This document shows positions 6,797-10,958 of a DNA stretch of 10,958 nt, piece by piece (the first letter of the stretch is position 1; each line of letters starts with the position of its first letter). The translations under genes were made by a program, and so were the position numbers. The notes under the pieces were generated by a model. That model saw only the letters and a program-made list of their open reading frames with translations. It searched no databases and was not told where the DNA came from. The stretch is from Promethearchaeota archaeon (lineage in GTDB: Archaea; Asgardarchaeota; Hermodarchaeia; Hermodarchaeales; Hermodarchaeaceae): contig JBHLPR010000073.1 in the NCBI GenBank assembly GCA_048939245.1, forward strand, positions 1-10,958, read 5' to 3'.

Positions 6797-8401
6797 TTAT
6801 TCATTCTCTTCGAATAGTTCTTTGCTAGACTTTCGGGCGCGTTGCATACTCATAGCCGCATCTTCATCAGCTATCGGTGCAGCTTGTGCAACTCCAACGA
6901 CTGAGCGCTTACTCATCTCTTCTTTTTGCCGCTCGGCTACTTGTTCAGCTTCTGCGATTTCTTTGTCTAGAACTTTATCGGCTTTGGTGATGGCTTTTGC
7001 CAGTGCTGCAGGCGCTTGGTTCTGAACAGCTCTGTACGCATTTTGGGTGGCTTCAAGGATCTTCTTGCTTTTCGCAACTTCACCGCGATATTGTTCTTCG
7101 CCAGCCCGTTGCACTGCATAGGTGGCGGGAAGTTCGGCATCGAGGGTTTCGATAATGGGCTTAGCATCGTCGGTCACTTTCACGCGTTTGGTCATGACAC
7201 GCATGCGTTGGTTGCCTTCCTCATCCATGTAGGAGACCTGCACTTGGATTGGCACTTCTTTCTCTTTCACCTTTCTTGAAGGACTGAGACGAACATAGAC
7301 TTCTCGATCTTCAGTGACAGAGCCAATTCGAATCCCTTTCCTTAGGGAATCCGCCTTGGCACCACCCAATCCACTCACTTCAGCGAGTTCCACATCGTCG
7401 GGGGCAATCACTCGCATTTTCACACTGCGTGCCACAATCTTCCCACTGGATGAGGAACTCATGGCGTCGGCGATTTCAGAAGCCTGAGCATAGTACATGG
7501 TACCGCCGGTTTGCATGGGCATTACAGCTAAGGCTTCTAGAGCCATGAAGGCGGAGGGGTCTTTAATTCCTACAACATCGATGATGATGCCTGCGTTCGC
7601 GGCTTTGATAGCCAAGTCTTCATAGAGCTGCGCTCCTGTCGTTGAAGATCCTTCAAGAGCGCCCACGCCTTCGTTAGCTAGTCCATCGGTGAGGAGAATA
7701 ATACGTCCACCTCGATCTTTCATAATGACGTAGCCAGCAACCATCGCCGGGCCAAGTGCGGTCATGTCAATATCGCGAAGTTTCTGAATGTTAGAAACCC
7801 ACTTTTTCTTGGTCTTCTTCAAGGTTCTGAGTTCAACGTGCTTGAGTTCTTTTTCAACGGATTTGGTGATTTCATCTACGCTATATCGCATATCTCCAGA
7901 GAGCGTGAAGATGATCTTCATATTTTCATCGTAACAATACACATCGCTGTGGAAGGCAAGCAGACCGAAAGCAGTTTCAGGGGCATTAACACTTAGATCA
8001 GTCACTGTTCGAATGAGGGATTCTTTTACTGCTGCTAGTTTGCCACCCCCCATTGAGCCTGAAATATCGATAATGGCTAGAAGGGTGTCTTCGGTGATGG
8101 GTTTTGCATGAGCTAGTTGACCAAGTATGAATTCAGACAGATCAGTCCCAGGCATTAGTTCTTCAGGGATAACATTAACGGTGCCACAGAATTCACATTG
8201 GAATATCTTTCCTTTAGTCGTTGAGATTTGGATGATATCTGGGTTTGTAAGTGCGCCTCCGCAATTGCTACACATGATGGGACGAGTACCGATTTCTTTG
8301 ACCTTCTCTTTTATATCTGCAAACGAGACACGTCCTACCCATGGCATGTCCTTAAGGACTTTGCTTTCTTTTGGGAAATATTCTGAACTGGTTTTGAACA
8401 T
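6797..8401 (-). CDS. Sec23/Sec24-like protein: Zn finger + vWA trunk + beta-sandwich + helical tail (start probably 8401; ORF track gives 8473)
   Basis: Zn finger PIMCSNC-x21-CEFCGTVN; trunk IIDISGS, FGLLAF, TALGPA, GGRIILLTDGLANEGVG, QTGGTMYY; beta-sandwich VKMRVIAP and IQVQVSYMDEEGNQRMRVMT, compared with the eukaryotic Q...YT...G.RR.RV.T pattern. GGGGAT SD-like site before the ATG at 8401. Confidence 0.85.
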   Translation of the reverse strand: MFKTSSEYFPKESKVLKDMPWVGRVSFADIKEKVKEIGTRPIMCSNCGGALTNPDIIQISTTKGKIFQCEFCGTVNVIPEELMPGTDLSEFILGQLAHAKPITEDTLLAIIDISGSMGGGKLAAVKESLIRTVTDLSVNAPETAFGLLAFHSDVYCYDENMKIIFTLSGDMRYSVDEITKSVEKELKHVELRTLKKTKKKWVSNIQKLRDIDMTALGPAMVAGYVIMKDRGGRIILLTDGLANEGVGALEGSSTTGAQLYEDLAIKAANAGIIIDVVGIKDPSAFMALEALAVMPMQTGGTMYYAQASEIADAMSSSSSGKIVARSVKMRVIAPDDVELAEVSGLGGAKADSLRKGIRIGSVTEDREVYVRLSPSRKVKEKEVPIQVQVSYMDEEGNQRMRVMTKRVKVTDDAKPIIETLDAELPATYAVQRAGEEQYRGEVAKSKKILEATQNAYRAVQNQAPAALAKAITKADKVLDKEIAEAEQVAERQKEEMSKRSVVGVAQAAPIADEDAAMSMQRARKSSKELFEENE

Positions 8402-8503
8402 TTTACTCGAATCCCCGTGAGAGCTCTGGTCTACGCTGATGGCAATGCGAGTACAAAAGTTTGTCGTATCCAAATGCCACAGGTCTAGTCAACTCGGTTA
8501 TGT

Positions 8504-9568
8504 TTAGGGAATGACCCCTGTGTTTTGGGCGAGCCGTTCTGCTGCTTTCTCTGTGAGCCCCCGTTCTCCCAGAATAGTGTAGCGTTTTGGATTAATGGTA
8601 TGGGCAATGTTTAAGGCTTCAATAATGTGCTCCGGTGTCACCTCCAGGTCAGCAGCGGTTGTTGGGGCACCAATAGTGGCTAAAGCATCTCGGATTTCTT
8701 CCCAATCGATTGCATGAAGGTATCCCATCATAATAGCCCCAACACCACATTGTTCACCATGGAGTGCAGGTTTGGGTGCAATTCGATCTAGAGCATGGCT
8801 GAATTTGTGTTCGGCACCACTTGCAGGTCGGCTGGATCCTGCAATACCCATAGCAATTCCGCTAGCGATCAATGCTTCGATGACAAGTCGAATACTATGT
8901 TCGTCGTTGGGTTTGATGGTTGCAGCATTTTCCATGATTACACGAGCTCCCATTAAAGAAAGGGAGGCTGAGTATTCTCCGTAATATTCATAGCCAAGGG
9001 TGTGGGCAAGTCTCCAATCTCGCACTGCCGTAATTTTTGAAATGAGATCACCACATCCTGCTGCAGTGAAGCGATAAGGGGCATTAGCAATTATGTGAGT
9101 ATCAGCAACAATGGCAATCGGGGCTTGTCCTTCAACGGAGACCGAGGTTTCTCCCTTTTTTATGGAAGCTCGCGGACTGGCAATCCCATCATGAGCGGCT
9201 GAAGTAGGAACGCTAACAAAGGGTTGGTTTTCCTCAGTTGAACATAATTTCCCTGTATCAATAACTGAGCCTCCCCCCAAAGCAATCACAATTCCTGATT
9301 TGTGCCTTTTTATAACTTCACAGGATTTTTCCACTTCTATGTCAGAGGCCTTCTGGATAATTGTGACTTCTGTCTTAATTTTTGCTTTTTCAAGAGATGC
9401 AATGGCATCATCACCAGCAATTTTCATTACATCCTTATCGGTGATGAGAATGGCACGACGTGTGGAGACAACATGCTGTATTACCTCACCTAATTGGTGA
9501 ATGACACCAGAACCTATAAGGACCTCGCCAGGGAGCTGCATTCGATGGGCATTTCCTTTCTCGGTCAT
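8504..9568 (-). CDS. egsA: NAD(P)-dependent sn-glycerol-1-phosphate dehydrogenase (start probably 9568)
   Basis: Motifs LGGGSVIDTGK, SVPTSAAHDGIASP, AGCGDLISKITAVRDW, AGSSRPASGAEHKFSHALD, LHGEQCGVG and RYTILG, characteristic of archaeal EgsA. AGGGTGA SD just before the ATG at 9568. Confidence 0.96.
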   Translation of the reverse strand: MTEKGNAHRMQLPGEVLIGSGVIHQLGEVIQHVVSTRRAILITDKDVMKIAGDDAIASLEKAKIKTEVTIIQKASDIEVEKSCEVIKRHKSGIVIALGGGSVIDTGKLCSTEENQPFVSVPTSAAHDGIASPRASIKKGETSVSVEGQAPIAIVADTHIIANAPYRFTAAGCGDLISKITAVRDWRLAHTLGYEYYGEYSASLSLMGARVIMENAATIKPNDEHSIRLVIEALIASGIAMGIAGSSRPASGAEHKFSHALDRIAPKPALHGEQCGVGAIMMGYLHAIDWEEIRDALATIGAPTTAADLEVTPEHIIEALNIAHTINPKRYTILGERGLTEKAAERLAQNTGVIP

Positions 9569-9604
9569 TATTTTCACCCTTTTTACTGCGAATAGAATAG
9601 CTAT

Positions 9605-9623
9605 CTATATAATTCCTATTAAA
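9605..9623 (-). promoter_or_regulatory. Candidate TATA boxes for egsA (TTTAATA 9617-9623; TTATATAG 9605-9612)
   Basis: Archaeal TATA-like elements about 40-55 nt upstream of the egsA start. Confidence 0.45.
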
Positions 9624-9673
9624 CCGTTCTTTTATCAAAATGACCTAATTTCTAAAGTATCTCATTTATTTGG

Positions 9674-10039
9674 TTATGAATGAGTGGCAAAATTGAGCTT
9701 TAAATCAGCTAAACGGGATTTGAGTGCAGCTTTCGTATCAGCATCTATCTGCTCACCGAGTTGATTAAAAAGTGCTTCATATGAATCAATCGCTGCCTGA
9801 GCTTGATTAAGGTCTTTTTCGATTTCTTGGGTCATCGGGTTCACAACCAGTCCCATTTTTTGCCAGGCCACTGAGTCAAGGATGCGGATGAAAAACGGAA
9901 GAATTTGCCATACGGGTAAGGCACTAATATCAACTATCTGTGGTTTAGCGGCTTCCTGTTCTGTTGTCTCCGTTGGTATTTCTGGCTCTGGTTTGGTCTC
10001 CTTTGTTTTTGCTTTTCCTTTTTTCTTACCTTTTGCCAT
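9674..10039 (-). CDS. DUF1844 domain protein (start probably 10039)
   Basis: AWQKMGLVVNPMTQEIEKDLNQAQAAID...LADLKLNF matches the DUF1844 pattern; AGGTGA SD 5 nt before the ATG at 10039; Lys-rich N-terminal extension. Confidence 0.85.
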   Translation of the reverse strand: MAKGKKKGKAKTKETKPEPEIPTETTEQEAAKPQIVDISALPVWQILPFFIRILDSVAWQKMGLVVNPMTQEIEKDLNQAQAAIDSYEALFNQLGEQIDADTKAALKSRLADLKLNFATHS

Positions 10040-10079
10040 TGCTTTCACCTATTGCAGTTGTTCAGGTCAAGGAGCTCAG

Positions 10080-10090
10080 ATTTAAAAAAT
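10080..10090 (-). promoter_or_regulatory. T6 tract overlapping TTTAAA: candidate kinase-gene terminator and/or DUF1844 TATA box
   Basis: Minus strand reads ATTTTTTAAAT, about 12 nt after the kinase stop and about 40 nt before the DUF1844 ATG. Confidence 0.45.
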
Positions 10091-10101
10091 GTTGCTGGGT
10101 T

Positions 10102-10958
10102 TTACTCGTTGCGGGTCACATTTACCATACGCCATGTTCGGTAGTCAACCAGAACTCGGATAAATCCACTAAGCATTTTATCAACTTCTGAATCACCCGT
10201 GTCTACATGGAGCCCTTGATCGGCAAGATTTCCAATTTTGCTATGGGTGGCAATCACCAGGATTTGTTCCGGTGGAATCCGCCGAATGATATTGGGGCTT
10301 ATTTGTTGGTTTCCGCGACCAAATAGCATTCCTTGGTTTCCAATGGGTGACACAATAATCCAGGTATGCAAGAAATCGGGGACCAAGGCAAGTATTTGTT
10401 TTTCGTTGACATCTAAGTGAATTTTTCCTTTCTGGTAGACATCGACACCGAGTAGGGTTTTTTTGACACCTAATGCGTTGGCCACGGCTCTCACCGTCGA
10501 ACCTGGACCCAGAATATAGGTATCTCTCTCTACCATGTCTTCAATCAGGGTACGGGCGACCGCTTCTTGATTTTCTTGCTCATCTATTGTGGTCGGTGAG
10601 GTCATCTTAGAGCCTTGCATTCGCGCGGGAACCAGTGGTCCCTGAAGAAAACCATATAGTTTTACCGCGAACTCGTCGGAACGAATTGCCTTTTCATCCG
10701 CATCCATGATCTCAAATGGTTCGATAGCGGTTTCTCCTTTCAACCAATCAATCACAACCCCAGCTGCAGCTTCAGGCGAATAGGCAAAGATACCACTATA
10801 CATCTTCACACCCGCAGGGACGCCTAGCACTAACATCTCTGCATCTTCCCCTAGGGCATCGTGGATATCCCGGGCTGTGCCATCGCCTCCTACGAAGACT
10901 AGGAGTTCCACTTCTCGTTCACGGAAAAGAGCTACTGCCTTCTTTGTATCGGTATCCT
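10102..10958 (-). CDS. ATP-NAD kinase family protein (COG3199-like), 5'-truncated by window edge
   Basis: Motifs VFVGGDGTARD, LGVPAGVKMYSGIFA, YILGPGST, KTLLGVD, SPIGNQGMLFGRGNQQIS and VDTGD. The frame stays open past 10911 to the window end (..DTDTKKAVALFREREV). Confidence 0.9.
   Translation of the reverse strand, partial: DTDTKKAVALFREREVELLVFVGGDGTARDIHDALGEDAEMLVLGVPAGVKMYSGIFAYSPEAAAGVVIDWLKGETAIEPFEIMDADEKAIRSDEFAVKLYGFLQGPLVPARMQGSKMTSPTTIDEQENQEAVARTLIEDMVERDTYILGPGSTVRAVANALGVKKTLLGVDVYQKGKIHLDVNEKQILALVPDFLHTWIIVSPIGNQGMLFGRGNQQISPNIIRRIPPEQILVIATHSKIGNLADQGLHVDTGDSEVDKMLSGFIRVLVDYRTWRMVNVTRNE

Noticed and set aside
8407-8416. TCGAATCCCC, resembling a tRNA T-arm
   Set aside because: No GGTTC or paired T-stem and no cloverleaf; the complement is better explained as an SD-like site.
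3741-10420. Remaining 60-156 aa ORFs overlapping the called genes
   Set aside because: All lie largely within well-supported genes, mostly antisense, with no recognisable motifs.
1-10958. CRISPR arrays, IS elements, defence or viral genes
   Set aside because: No regularly spaced repeats, terminal inverted repeats, or transposase, integrase or nuclease motifs were seen.

Overview
Archaeal chromosomal window, probably from an Asgard archaeon. Archaeal origin rests on egsA, an archaeal-type ProRS C-terminus and GGTGA/GAGGTG ribosome-binding sites; the Asgard call is inferred from a Sec23/24-like gene. In order: 3' end of proS (+, missed by the ORF track), orphan ORF (-), C-GCAxxG-C-C protein (-), OPT-family transporter (-), acyl-CoA dehydrogenase (+, divergent, with a palindrome-rich upstream region), DUF47/PhoU-like regulator (-), PiT phosphate transporter (-), Sec23/Sec24-like Zn-finger/vWA/beta-sandwich protein (-), egsA (-), DUF1844 protein (-) and a 5'-truncated ATP-NAD kinase family gene (-). 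The most notable element is the COPII-inner-coat-like protein. It keeps an intact MIDAS motif, lacks a gelsolin domain and lies directly downstream of the enzyme that makes the archaeal lipid backbone. No RNA genes, CRISPR arrays or mobile elements were seen. All family calls come from motif recognition by eye, not from database searches.
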